DNA from: a virus
Virus record (IMG/VR): IMGVR_UViG_3300014613_000018
Location: 32,001 to 96,000 of that record
Reading direction: 5' to 3' (one strand)
DNA: 64,000 nucleotides
Shown: positions 1 to 10,229 of the stretch, piece by piece
Layout: every line of letters begins with the position of its first letter
How positions within the stretch are numbered: position 1 is the stretch's first letter
The notes under the pieces: generated by a model
What the model was told of the DNA's origin: nothing
The model's database searches: none
What the model saw: the letters and a program-made list of their open reading frames with translations, nothing else
Translations under genes and position numbers: made by a program

Positions 1-42
1 TGAAGTATTGGAATGATGTAGTAATCAATAAGGGAGTTATAA

Positions 43-429
43 ATGAGTAAGATAGTTAAAAGTATACTAATGAGTCAAGCACCTGAAAGACCTAACTGGT
101 TTGAAGGTCACAATATTCCAAGTGCACCTGTAATGCCTAGTAGGAAAATTGAAAGGTACTCTGATTTGAATGATGTTACAATTCTTCTAAATAGCTGGTT
201 AGGAGACCCTCATTGGGATTTGGATAACACTTATGATACTTCAGATCAGTATCCTAAAGGTGTAGATGTATATACTTTTGAAGATGAGTTAAATAAGTTT
301 GCTCAGACTTGGGAAGTATACTGGAAAGCACACTACGAATGGAAGAAAACTGTAGAATTTAAGCTGGATATTCAGTGGCGAGTTTATTGGGCAAATTTAG
401 CATTGGAGGAATTGAATGAGCAAGAATGA
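43..429 (+). CDS. hypothetical protein
   Basis: ORF with RBS (AGGGAG); no recognised motif. Confidence 0.6.
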   Translation: MSKIVKSILMSQAPERPNWFEGHNIPSAPVMPSRKIERYSDLNDVTILLNSWLGDPHWDLDNTYDTSDQYPKGVDVYTFEDELNKFAQTWEVYWKAHYEWKKTVEFKLDIQWRVYWANLALEELNEQE

Positions 430-748
430 TAATGACACACACCAATATTTAGTTATTAATAGTGGTGAATGGTGGACTTGTGAGGAAGTATTTGATGCTG
501 ATTTGTATGACATGGTAATTCCATTGAGTAATATTTCAAGGTCTGCCAACGGTGCAAGAGTCGGGGAGTTGGAGGAAGATGCCAAGAGAATGCGCTGGAT
601 GCTTTCTGGCAATGGCTACTTCATGGAAGAACAGGGACTATGTGGGCATGGGCCATGTGGTGAAGAAGAGCAGAACAAGGCAAGGGCAGAGATAGACACG
701 GCCATGAGATACCTCACCCCTCCAGCCACGGGAACGGAGGAGAAATGA
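416..748 (+). CDS. chimeric Ead/Ea22-like phage accessory protein
   Basis: AT-rich N-terminal half, GC-rich C-terminal half with RVGELE, DAxRxRW...RAEIDTAM and terminal LTPPAT; RVGELE and LTPPAT also occur in 25781..26461. Confidence 0.55.
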   Translation: MSKNDNDTHQYLVINSGEWWTCEEVFDADLYDMVIPLSNISRSANGARVGELEEDAKRMRWMLSGNGYFMEEQGLCGHGPCGEEEQNKARAEIDTAMRYLTPPATGTEEK

Positions 749-915
749 AATGTCCATTGTGCCTCAAAGAGATTGAACTGAAACCAAGAACAGTAGAAGA
801 CTTGTGCTGGATGGCAGAAAAAGCACAAGCAAGAGGACATGACGAGCTTGCCGAGCGCATCTGGCAAATAGCTGAAGAGATGGAACGGCAGGAAGCGGAG
901 GCCAGCCATGAGTAA
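745..915 (+). CDS. small CPxC protein (56 aa, not in ORF track)
   Basis: MKCPLCLKEIE...EAEASHE*; ATGA overlap with upstream gene; same EASHE ending as 25557..25784. Confidence 0.6.
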   Translation: MKCPLCLKEIELKPRTVEDLCWMAEKAQARGHDELAERIWQIAEEMERQEAEASHE

Positions 916-1132
916 GACCGTGGAGCAGATGGCGAGGGAGTTGGCTGAAAAGAAACCGTGTCTGCTTTACTCTTTCGGTGTTACTATAAGTGGTAGTCTA
1001 TTATGTGCCCCTGATCCGTATGCGCTGGAAGGCTGTACTGAGTGTTGGTTGACGAATCTCACTCCTGCCGAAATCACCGCCAAGTACGAAACTCTGATGA
1101 CTGAGAAGGAACAAAATAGGAAGGATTCTTAA
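908..1132 (+). CDS. hypothetical protein, paralog of 25340..25564
   Basis: MSKTVEQMARELAE...CxxCWL...PAEITAKYE matches MSKPTVEEMARELAE...CxxCWL...PAEIRAKYE. Confidence 0.7.
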   Translation: MSKTVEQMARELAEKKPCLLYSFGVTISGSLLCAPDPYALEGCTECWLTNLTPAEITAKYETLMTEKEQNRKDS

Positions 1133-1529
1133 CATTTTACTAAAACTATTTAATTTACTACTTACTACTATTTCATTACACCCCTTACACTCATATAACA
1201 TTAACCCTCAAGAGGTAGTTGTAAGTTACTATGAGACAGGAAGTATTACTGCAACAGGTGAAATTTACAATCCTGATTTACTTACTTTTGCTTCACCTAG
1301 TTTACCTTTTGGTACTAAACTAATTGTTAGAAATGGTAAGATTGAAGTTAAATTAAGGGTAAATGACAGAGGCCCTTTTGCAGTAGACAGTACAGGTAAA
1401 GCAATCTACCCATTACAACCTCATCCAGTTAGGAAGTTAGATTTAAGTAGAGGTGCATATTTAGCATTGTTTGGTGAATTAGATAGTGGTGTAAATGTAC
1501 TTGAAATAGTAGAAGTGGAGTTTCCTTAA
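1116..1529 (+). CDS. RlpA-like double-psi beta-barrel (lytic transglycosylase-type) protein with non-canonical start
   Basis: Open frame 1101-1529 absent from ORF track: SYY...TATGEIYNPDLLTFA...LPFGTKLIV...LRVNDRGPF...RKLDLSRGA; hydrophobic N-terminus; no ATG/GTG/TTG; ATA at 1116 follows GAAGGA. Confidence 0.8.
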   Translation: MGRILNILLKLFNLLLTTISLHPLHSYNINPQEVVVSYYETGSITATGEIYNPDLLTFASPSLPFGTKLIVRNGKIEVKLRVNDRGPFAVDSTGKAIYPLQPHPVRKLDLSRGAYLALFGELDSGVNVLEIVEVEFP

Positions 1530-1538
1530 AGGAGTAAT

Positions 1539-1901
1539 ATGAAACTTATAGGTGAAGATACACAGGAATTTCTTAATGAGCACTCTAAAGTAAATGAATA
1601 CTTGAATGTGCTTGAAGCTGATTTTTCAGCAATAGGAATAAATGATAATTATGTTGTACTAACTAATATTGGAGTAGAAGATGAAAATATACCTTGTGTA
1701 TGCTTCTATTTTACTTCAAGTGGTAAGCAAATTACACTTCAACAGGGTTCAGATATACTGGCAGATCATAGTGAAATGTTAGTAGACCTAGATGTACTTA
1801 TTCATTTTGCCTATGTAAGCAAGGAAGAAATTGACTCCTTAATTGCCAACGATAATAGAGATAACAGAGCAGAAATGTTCTTGAATACTGTGAGCAGCTA
1901 A
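1539..1901 (+). CDS. hypothetical protein
   Basis: ORF with strong RBS AAAGGAG. Confidence 0.6.
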   Translation: MKLIGEDTQEFLNEHSKVNEYLNVLEADFSAIGINDNYVVLTNIGVEDENIPCVCFYFTSSGKQITLQQGSDILADHSEMLVDLDVLIHFAYVSKEEIDSLIANDNRDNRAEMFLNTVSS

Positions 1902-1902
1902 A

Positions 1903-2100
1903 TTGCCACACTATGATTTCAAATGCTTAGTATGTGGCAATGTACAAGAAGTAAAATTACCTATTACAAGTGAGGTACAAGAAATGCCATGCGAAGTGTG
2001 TGGATGTTTAGCTAAAAGACAAATTGGTAAAGGTGGATACCTAGAGTTTAAGGGTGAAGGTTGGTATGAAACGGATTATAAAAAGAAAGGTAAGAAATGA
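1903..2100 (+). CDS. FmdB-family zinc-ribbon protein
   Basis: MPxYDFKCxxCG...CxxCG...FKGEGWYETDYKKK. Confidence 0.85.
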   Translation: MPHYDFKCLVCGNVQEVKLPITSEVQEMPCEVCGCLAKRQIGKGGYLEFKGEGWYETDYKKKGKK

Positions 2101-2587
2101 AAATATTTAAGGAAACTTTAGCAGTAAAAGATGAGCAGAGTCTCGCTCTCTATGCAGATGCAGAAATTTTAACTGTACAAGTACAAAAAGGTGTTCCTCG
2201 CATTTGGTACACAACTAATCAAGTAAGAGGGCTTAAAAGTGTATCAATTTATACTCATGGTACTGGACATGAAATAAATCCTAATGCTGGAAGATATATT
2301 GGAACCTATCAATCACATGATGGAGGATTAGTATTTCATGTGTTTGAAGGTAAATGATGCCGGATTACAGTGGTTGTTTGAATAAAGGTTGTATTTACAA
2401 ATACAACTGCTCAAGGTATATGATGGTTGTGAATAATCCTGAATGGCAGACTTATTGTCATTTTGAAAAAGGTAAAGATGGAATCTGTGAAGGTTGGTGG
2501 CCTGTTAAAGATGCTCCATTTAAGTGCCACACACAGGAAGAGATGGAAGAGTTTGAAGCTACTACAGCACAATTTAAGAGACCTTGA
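2097..2587 (+). CDS. two small phage hypothetical proteins (2097..2357, 2354..2587)
   Basis: ATGA-coupled ORFs; second is Cys-rich (MPDxxxC..C..C.RY). Confidence 0.6.
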
Positions 2588-2649
2588 CAAATGTGAGTTA
2601 GGTGTTATATTACTTTTGTTGTAACTCTAACTGAAAGGAAATTGAAATG
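2584..2649 (+). promoter_or_regulatory. sigma70-type promoter plus phage consensus leader/RBS
   Basis: TTGACA(2584)-16-TATATT, then AACTCTAACTGAAAGGAAATTGAAATG. Confidence 0.75.
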
Positions 2650-3221
2650 ACTTGGAAAGAAATAAGAAAAAGTTATTTAAGAGGGGCTACGGAGGCTCAA
2701 GATGTACTTACTTCTCCTAGCAACTGGACTGATTTGATGTATTATATTCATTGCTCTAGGCTTATTCTTGGTTTTGTGTTGGGGTTCTTGGCTGCTTTTT
2801 TTCTTTTTGTGATGTAAGGAAACTAAAATGAAAAATCTACTTAGCCGTTGGAACCCTATAAGCCTACTATTCTTCGGGATTGCAGGAATATTCATGTTAA
2901 TGGGATTACTTAATGGATTTGAGTATAAGGCACTTAATCTAATTGTAGTAATAGGCAGTGTAGTAAATGCACTTCTTATTCAGTACCAGAAGGAGCATAA
3001 CATTGATTAGAACAATACTGCAATGGGCATTACCAATCAGTGTATTTCTGTTTGGTATTCCTAAAGTTTACAGATGGAATGCAGCACAGGATGGACACCA
3101 AATTTCTTATTGGAAGAGTTGTAAATGTGTGTGGATAGGAATAGTTCAAGTCGCCTTTGTACTGGCTCTTGTTTACCTGTTTGGTACGGGTGTTTGGGCC
3201 TTCTTTAGTTGGCTATATTAA
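2647..3221 (+). CDS. three small membrane proteins (2647..2811, 2828..3010, 2967..3221)
   Basis: Each has 1-2 hydrophobic helices; first is below the ORF-track cutoff. Confidence 0.6.
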
Positions 3222-3514
3222 TGCTTCACAATATTAAACAAGAAGCTAAGTGTGCATTTTCAAGTGATACTTATGTGTGGTATTACAAGTGTAGAGAGAA
3301 TGGCTGTAAACACTTGAAAGTTAGAAGGTGAGATTGGAAGCCTATTGATAATTGGAATGATTTACAGCAAATTAAAAACTTTACATTTGGTAAGGAAGCA
3401 GTGGCAATAGAAGTATATCCTAGAGAATCTAAATTAGTAAATGAAGTAAACATGAGGCACTTGTTTATACTGACACAAGAACAAATAGTAGGCTTGAAAT
3501 CGAAAGGACTGTAA
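3221..3514 (+). pseudogene. phage protein interrupted by in-frame TGA (3329-3331)
   Basis: HLKVRR*DWKPIDNWNDLQQIKN...AIEVYP..KLVNEVNMRHLF reads as one domain across the stop. Confidence 0.65.
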
Positions 3515-5077
3515 GTGAAAACAATAGAAGTACCATACTACATTGACAATCTTGATCTAAAGAAGGATAAGGCTGTGATAATGACAGATTTATGTAAAGT
3601 ACTTCGAGATGGTGGTATTCCTTGTTATTACAGTACTAAAGTAAATGATATAATTGTACAGTCAGGTAAATTAGCATACACTAAAACTGAAACAGGTTTT
3701 AACTTCATTTGGGAGAGTGAATAATGAAAGAGAAAATAATTAGAGTGTTAATGTACATCTTTACTCCTAAAAAGTATGGCATGAAGTATCATCCTTGTAT
3801 AAAGTGTAAGTGGTGTGAGTTAGATAAGAATGTGTCTCCTTATTATTTTGAGTCTCTACCTCCAGAAAGTAAAATATACTTTTATTATTGTCAAGTTCCT
3901 TTGAAACAAGTGAGAAAAGATATGCTAACAGGTTGTACACTAAAATACAATAAACCTGTAAATGAATCTATTTGTACATTTAGGATTGCTACCAATAGCG
4001 AGGATTGTGGCTATAGAGGTAAGTACTGGGAAGCTAAGAGTGCGGAATGAAATGAATGAGTTAGAAGAACCTGTGGTTGATGATACTCCACAAGATGTAG
4101 AATATTGGAAGAATGCTTTTGCCATGAAAACACAACTGCTGTATAAGGCTAGGTGCGAAAAGATAGATTACTTAATTATGTATTATAGGTTAAGAGATAG
4201 TGTTGAAGGTTTGAAATGTTCATTCTGGAGAAGGTTGAAGTTTCTGTTTACTGGTAAGATAGAAATAGAGGATTAAAAATGCCTAAATCAATGCCTCAAC
4301 CTAATTTTGAATCTTCACAGGAATATTTTAAGGAATACTGTACAGATCAGATTGAAAAGATTACTAATGAAATGGTTAGACTTGACAAACGATTGAAAAA
4401 GTTGAATATTGCAGGTAACTTGTATAAAGAGCGATTTGGAGAGAAGCTTATATTGGAGGAATCTTAGTGGAAAATTGTATAGATAAGTTACTGGAAGTGA
4501 TTAAAGTAAGAGAGAATCACACTGTAGGTAAATATCAAACTCCAGATGAATCTATTCTGAGGTATATGGATAAGCTTGAGAAACGGTATGATAAAGCAAT
4601 GGATGCCATTGTGGATGCTTCTGTTGTTGCTGAAAATGGAAGTATAGCTCCTGCAAAGCTTCAATATGCTTATTTAACTAAAATAATGGCAATTCTTGAT
4701 TATCAGAAGTGTCAAGATATTTCATTTGTTAATAATTTATCTGATTTGGAGGACTAATGTTATGTTTTAGATGTGAACATAGAGCTAAATACTTAGAAGC
4801 AACTTCAAGAGGTGACAAGTATGCACCTAGACCTAGAAGTGAATGTGGTGACATTAATAGTAGTAAAATAGGCTGTTATATGTTTGAACCTTGTCATCCT
4901 GTTGTAACTGAACCTCCTAAAGGTGCTCCAGCAGTATTAAGGTTTCAAGCACCAATGTTAGCATCAAGAGAATATGCTGTAAAAGTATTAGAACGAGAAG
5001 ATAACATTAAACTTGAAGTAATCTATGAAAATGGTAAACAAGTAGCATTAGGATGGAAGGTTAAAAATGAGTCCTGA
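3515..5077 (+). CDS. run of six coupled hypothetical proteins
   Basis: Abutting/overlapping ORFs 3515, 3724, ~4052, 4279, 4467, 4757. Confidence 0.55.
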
Positions 5078-5480
5078 ATTAGAGTATAAACTATTCCATA
5101 AGTATCCTACAATATTTAGACAGCGAAAATTGCCAATGACACAATCTGCAATGTGTTTCGGATTTGAGTGTCAAAATGGATGGTACAACATTCTGGATAA
5201 TCTTTGTCAGCATATTCAGGATTATGTTAATGAGAATAATTGTGGCCCTGTAGAAGCTGTACAAATAAAAGAAAAATTCGGTGGGCTGAGATTTTATATT
5301 ACAGGTGGTGATGATGCTATTGATATGTTTATTCAAATGGCAGAAGAGGAAAGTTATCATACTTGTGAATATTGTGGTACTAAAGAGAATGTTGGTATGA
5401 CACGAGGCTGGAATGTAACTTGTTGTGCAGATTGTCATAAAAAGTTTAGATCAGAATTAACATGGAGTAAAAATGAATAA
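5067..5480 (+). CDS. conserved phage protein (QIKEKFGGLRFY family, C-terminal CxxC zinc site)
   Basis: GFECxxGW, QIKEKFGGLRFY, TCEYCG motifs. Confidence 0.7.
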   Translation: MSPELEYKLFHKYPTIFRQRKLPMTQSAMCFGFECQNGWYNILDNLCQHIQDYVNENNCGPVEAVQIKEKFGGLRFYITGGDDAIDMFIQMAEEESYHTCEYCGTKENVGMTRGWNVTCCADCHKKFRSELTWSKNE

Positions 5481-6099
5481 AACGGATTTAGTTTGTTTGG
5501 ATACATTCAATACTTATAAACCTGTTCCTAATGACATCCTTCATCTTCCAGAGAAGCTATTAGATTATGGTATTAAATGGAAAGGTAAAAGACTATATGG
5601 TGAAGGTGCTGTTAATTGTAATCATGTGCGTATTTATGTAGGAGTGTTTGATGGCATTCATGTTGGGTTTGAATGGACACATCCTAGAGCCAGATTCATT
5701 ACTATTGAAGACTGGATGATGGATTCTGATTATGCTAAGATTTATAGATACAAAGACCTTATGAAAAAAGATTTTAGTAGGCAAGTAGCTAATTATTTAA
5801 GTGTTTATGAAAATTCAAAGTATGATTATTTACAGCTTCTAGGCATAGCTTTAGGTATTAAGTGGTTACAAATGAGTGATTACCGTAAAGTGTGTGCTCA
5901 AGGTGTACTAGATACTCAAGAATATGTATTAAGAAGAGTACATGATACAGAACCATTATTTCCTGAGTCTGCAAATTGGGCAACCTTACCTTGTGCTTGG
6001 ATGAATCATACAGAGAAATTTAGCCTAATGAATGGTGGAAGTAATTCAACATTACTGAAACCAGAATTAAAAACATTTAATGCTAACTGGTTAATATGA
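5473..6099 (+). CDS. putative permuted papain-like (NlpC/P60, YiiX-like) enzyme
   Basis: His-then-Cys order: NHVRIYVG ... KYDYLQLL ... VCAQGV. Confidence 0.45.
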   Translation: MNKTDLVCLDTFNTYKPVPNDILHLPEKLLDYGIKWKGKRLYGEGAVNCNHVRIYVGVFDGIHVGFEWTHPRARFITIEDWMMDSDYAKIYRYKDLMKKDFSRQVANYLSVYENSKYDYLQLLGIALGIKWLQMSDYRKVCAQGVLDTQEYVLRRVHDTEPLFPESANWATLPCAWMNHTEKFSLMNGGSNSTLLKPELKTFNANWLI

Positions 6100-6117
6100 A
6101 CCTTACAAAGGAGTCTA

Positions 6118-6657
6118 ATGTTACTTAATATACTTTTAGCTACAAGTGCAATATTACTATTAAACAGTGAGTTTGTTGATAATTCTAATGTGGTGTATGA
6201 CACTCTAATGATTAAAGACAGTAATTATAATAACTATTTATACATTTCTGAAACTAATTATTATAAAATTACAGGGAATACTTATGAGATAATTCCTGCT
6301 AATGAAGATTCTCTAATTTTTACACTTACTAATCCAATAGGAGATGAAGAGTTAGAACCTTATACTGGTGATATAATACTTGATCCTAATTTTGTAAGAA
6401 GAGTAAATGAGCAAGGTGATACCATATATGTTTCATTTAGTGAGGCTGGAGAAGATTTTGATTTTTCAATAGTAGAGACACCAATTATTACTGAGAGAGA
6501 AGATAATCTATTTGTGTGGATAGAGGAAGATGGAACAATGTTTCCTTATCCTACAGAACCTTATTCTCCACCGGTATCATTTAGTACAATCTTAATTGTC
6601 TGTTTTGGAGTGTGTATTATTGGACTATTAGGTGTGATTTTATGGAAGGTAAGATAA
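6118..6657 (+). CDS. exported, C-terminally membrane-anchored acidic protein
   Basis: N-terminal signal-like hydrophobic run, Pro-rich linker, C-terminal TM helix ending WKVR. Confidence 0.6.
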   Translation: MLLNILLATSAILLLNSEFVDNSNVVYDTLMIKDSNYNNYLYISETNYYKITGNTYEIIPANEDSLIFTLTNPIGDEELEPYTGDIILDPNFVRRVNEQGDTIYVSFSEAGEDFDFSIVETPIITEREDNLFVWIEEDGTMFPYPTEPYSPPVSFSTILIVCFGVCIIGLLGVILWKVR

Positions 6658-7004
6658 TGAAAGGATTTGTTATTTGCAGTGTGCGAGGCCAATCAGAGGA
6701 ATATAGAGTTAAACTTGAACTGTTTGTGTCCAACAAAGAAACTCATGGTTGGGTTATCCATTTGCCTCACAGAGATACAGATCAAAAGGCTAAAGGTTAT
6801 GATATTTGTAAGCAAAATGCCGAAGCTATTAAAAACGCAGATAAAGTGTTTGTGTTTTATAATCCTGAGTCACAAGGAACTCATTTTGATTTAGGAGTGG
6901 CTTTTGCTTTGAATAAACCTATTGAAATTATTGAGTCAGTTGAATATGGAGAAGAAAAGTCTTATCCTAGAATGCTGCAAGAATGGGTAGACACTTTTGA
7001 ATAA
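6657..7004 (+). CDS. nucleoside 2-deoxyribosyltransferase-like protein
   Basis: HLPHRD...NAEAIKNAD.V...SQGTHFDLGVAFAL.KPI; likely start ATG 6657. Confidence 0.75.
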   Translation: MKGFVICSVRGQSEEYRVKLELFVSNKETHGWVIHLPHRDTDQKAKGYDICKQNAEAIKNADKVFVFYNPESQGTHFDLGVAFALNKPIEIIESVEYGEEKSYPRMLQEWVDTFE

Positions 7005-7989
7005 AATTCTTCTTATTGACGCAGATTCTACAATTCCTAATTTAGCATTAATGAAATTATCGGCTTATTACAGAGCTAAAGGATATATGATAGATTTGAT
7101 GAAATTGAATTTACCTTATTATCCCAATAAGAAAAAGAGACATCACGCTATTTCTAACTTAGGTTATGATAAAATATTCTGTAGTGTTATTTTTGAAGGA
7201 AACTTACCCTATATTCATGGTGACAACATTATATTTGGAGGTACTGGTGTAGACTTAACGACAGAGCTAGAACCTGAAATAGAGAACTTACAACCTGATT
7301 ATACTATTTATCCTGAAAATGATACTTCCTATGGCTTTATTACAAGGGGATGTATTAGGAATTGTTATTTTTGTAAAGTACCTAAAAAGGAAGGCCATAT
7401 TAGACAAGTTAATAAACCTACAGACATTATTCAACATAAAAAAGTTAAGTTCATGGATAATAATATTCTTGCACTTCCCAATCACTGCGAGATACTAGAA
7501 GAATTGGCATATTTAAAAGTTAATTGCCAGTTTAATCAAGGGCTAGATATAAGGCTGTTAACTAAAGAAAGCTCTGAATTATTATCTGCGATGAATTATC
7601 TTGGGGGTAGATATACTTTTGCGTTTGATGATAGAAAGCATATTAAAATAATAGAAAAACAAATGCAGCTATTATCTTGGAGGAGGCCATGGGAGATTAG
7701 GTTGTTTTGTTATATTCATCCTACAATGCCTATTGAGGATACCTTGTTTCGCTTAGACTGGATGAAGAAAAATAAGTGTTTACCTTATGTTATGCGAGAT
7801 ATTAGTTGTTGGGATTCGGAATACTCTCATTTTTATATCAGTCTTGCCAACTGGTGCAATCATGTACATTTATGGACTTCAATGCCTTTTGAAGACTTTG
7901 TAATTAAGAAAAATCCTCAGTTAAAGCATACTGAAAGAAATAAACAAGAAATAGAAATTTATAACACAGCACTAAAGGCCATTAGTTAG
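6997..7989 (+). CDS. radical SAM protein
   Basis: TRGCIRNCYFC; N-terminal LIDADS..PNLALMKLS; MDNNILA; FNQGLDIRL. Confidence 0.9.
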   Translation: MNKILLIDADSTIPNLALMKLSAYYRAKGYMIDLMKLNLPYYPNKKKRHHAISNLGYDKIFCSVIFEGNLPYIHGDNIIFGGTGVDLTTELEPEIENLQPDYTIYPENDTSYGFITRGCIRNCYFCKVPKKEGHIRQVNKPTDIIQHKKVKFMDNNILALPNHCEILEELAYLKVNCQFNQGLDIRLLTKESSELLSAMNYLGGRYTFAFDDRKHIKIIEKQMQLLSWRRPWEIRLFCYIHPTMPIEDTLFRLDWMKKNKCLPYVMRDISCWDSEYSHFYISLANWCNHVHLWTSMPFEDFVIKKNPQLKHTERNKQEIEIYNTALKAIS

Positions 7990-7997
7990 GAGCAATA

Positions 7998-8306
7998 ATG
8001 TCTGATTGGAAAGAACGCTCAATTAAAAAGAAGGATTATCGTAGAGGCGGATTAGAGCCTGATCCTCCTAGAAGTAAAAGTAAGAATAAAGCACCTAAAA
8101 TTTATCGAGTAGAGTATAAGTACAATAAACCTTTGTTTGGTAAAGATGACTGGTGGGGTTTTAGTACATACAGGGATTTACAGTTAGCATTAGATAGAAT
8201 TGAAAAGTTAAAGAGAGATATGAGACAATTTGAATGCTCATTATACAAGTCATTTAGAATTGTTAATAAAAAGACTAAAATAGTAGAATATTTGGAGGAA
8301 AGTTAG
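7998..8306 (+). CDS. basic hypothetical protein
   Basis: ORF with RBS AGGAG. Confidence 0.55.
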   Translation: MSDWKERSIKKKDYRRGGLEPDPPRSKSKNKAPKIYRVEYKYNKPLFGKDDWWGFSTYRDLQLALDRIEKLKRDMRQFECSLYKSFRIVNKKTKIVEYLEES

Positions 8307-8308
8307 CG

Positions 8309-9421
8309 GTGAGTTTAGAAACATTTAACCCTCTATCTGTTAGTAGTAAGTTTGCTATTTGTGGCCTTCCTATTCGAGTAGATACTTATAAAACTTGCTC
8401 CTTTGGGTGTAAGTATTGTTTTGCTAACTATCGAAAAGTAATGCACACTGCTGATGAATTACAAGTAGCAAACTTAATGAGTCTGAAAAATAAATTAATT
8501 AAAGTTTATGATAAAAAGCAAATTAATCCTAATAATTTCTTAGATTTTTTATTGACAGAGAATATTACTTGGCATTGTGGTGGGATGTCAGATCCATTTC
8601 AACATGCAGAAAAAGAACTTAAAATTACATCTAAAATGCTTGAAATTACCAATGACTTTGACATATCCATTCTTTTTTCTACAAAAACGGATACTACTTA
8701 TGATTATACTCACCTAGAATCTGATTTGCATTCTTTTCAACTAAGTGTTACTTCTGCAACTACTAATACTGAGTTAGAACCTAATGTGCCTGCTCTTGAA
8801 AAAAGAATCCAGTTTTTTCAAGAACTGAAAGATAAAGGGTTTGCTGTAGGTATTAGAATCCAGCCTTTTATTCCAAGTGTTTCTAATGCTAATATAGTAG
8901 ATTTATTTAAGGAAGCGGATTATTTTTCTATTGAAGGATTAAAACTCGTGCCTCAAAATAAAGAGCAAAAACAATTTTTACTAAATACTTTGAATCTTAA
9001 ATCTACTGATTTTATTCAAAGAGGATTACTGAATCTTTGTCCAGAATTAAGGTGGACTCTTTATCAAGATTTAATTGAAAGACTACAGCATTACAATATA
9101 CCATATTCTTTAGCAGATAATGATTTGCACCATATATCCTCTAGTAAGTGTTGTTGCGGAGAGCCTTTAATTAAAAAATCAACTGAGTTCAATAATACTG
9201 CTTTATTTAAAAAATATGGCAAGTATTACACTATAGATGAAGTAAATAAGGCAATAGGAGCTTGTAAAAAGTGCAAAGTTGCATCCTTGTTTGCTTCTAA
9301 TAGGCAGGAAGAGGGAGTTACAGTTCAAGACTTTTTTAATTTAAGATTTAGTAGAAAATCTTCTCCCTTTTCTCCAAAATTTATGTTCTATCCTCAACCT
9401 AAATTGAACTTATTTAATTAA
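8309..9421 (+). CDS. radical SAM protein, spore-photoproduct-lyase-like subgroup
   Basis: DTYxxCSFGCKYCFA, GGMSDPFQ, STK, LEPNVP...R, RIQPFIP. Confidence 0.85.
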   Translation: MSLETFNPLSVSSKFAICGLPIRVDTYKTCSFGCKYCFANYRKVMHTADELQVANLMSLKNKLIKVYDKKQINPNNFLDFLLTENITWHCGGMSDPFQHAEKELKITSKMLEITNDFDISILFSTKTDTTYDYTHLESDLHSFQLSVTSATTNTELEPNVPALEKRIQFFQELKDKGFAVGIRIQPFIPSVSNANIVDLFKEADYFSIEGLKLVPQNKEQKQFLLNTLNLKSTDFIQRGLLNLCPELRWTLYQDLIERLQHYNIPYSLADNDLHHISSSKCCCGEPLIKKSTEFNNTALFKKYGKYYTIDEVNKAIGACKKCKVASLFASNRQEEGVTVQDFFNLRFSRKSSPFSPKFMFYPQPKLNLFN

Positions 9422-9437
9422 AATTAGAAGGAGAGAA

Positions 9438-10065
9438 ATGAGGAAGAAAATGAATAAAAAGGTACAAGTAATAGATAATTTTGAGTTAAGTAGTGTATCT
9501 TTTACAGAGTTTGGGGTTGAAGTTGATGGAGTAGTTTTAGATCACCACTTTGAAGATGCTCCTGTAGCTACTGCAAAGTATAAGGAATTAGGAAATAGTC
9601 TTGTAGGCAGCATTGCTGCTAACTGTGAGTATGTTGGATCAAGTGATTTACCTCCTTGTGCTGGTGTGGATATGACTCAATTTGAAGATGATAAGTTTAG
9701 ATTAATAGAATATGATTGGAAAGATAATGTTCCTTACATGGTTATAGAAAGTGTAAGAACAAAGCAACGAATTAGACTAGAAAATTGTTATCCTATTAAA
9801 TATAGTGTTAAAAATCAAAATGAGTTACCTAAAGGAATTAAAATTGAATATTTACCTTTGGAGGAAGAAAATGAAGTTTAATCCGATTGAAATTACTTGG
9901 GAAAAACACTGGAAGCAAATAGGAATCCTTAATTTTCAGTTTAATGAGACTGGTACTAGACACTTGTTAGCATTTAGGTTTTCTAAGGGTGTTATAGATA
10001 TTAATGGTAATGAAAAGTGGTCACTTATTATTGCATTTTTGTTTAACTGGTGGTGCAGATTCTAA
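9438..10065 (+). CDS. two hypothetical proteins
   Basis: Coupled ORFs 9438..9881 and ~9871..10065. Confidence 0.5.
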
Positions 10066-10196
10066 TGATAGATTACTTTAATTCTGTAAGATAATCTATA
10101 CTGTTTATCTTACAACACAATCATTGTAACTTCTAATTATTTTACAACTTAAACCTTGTTACTCATCTTGGGTACTTGACTAACCATACAGTTTAC

Positions 10197-10229
10197 TTGG
10201 ATAATTCAGTTAGCGTGTAAATTGACCTT
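10197..10229 (+). repeat. direct repeat TTGGATAATT-N14-ATTGACCTT, copy 1
   Basis: Identical arms and spacing to 11082..11114. Confidence 0.7.
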
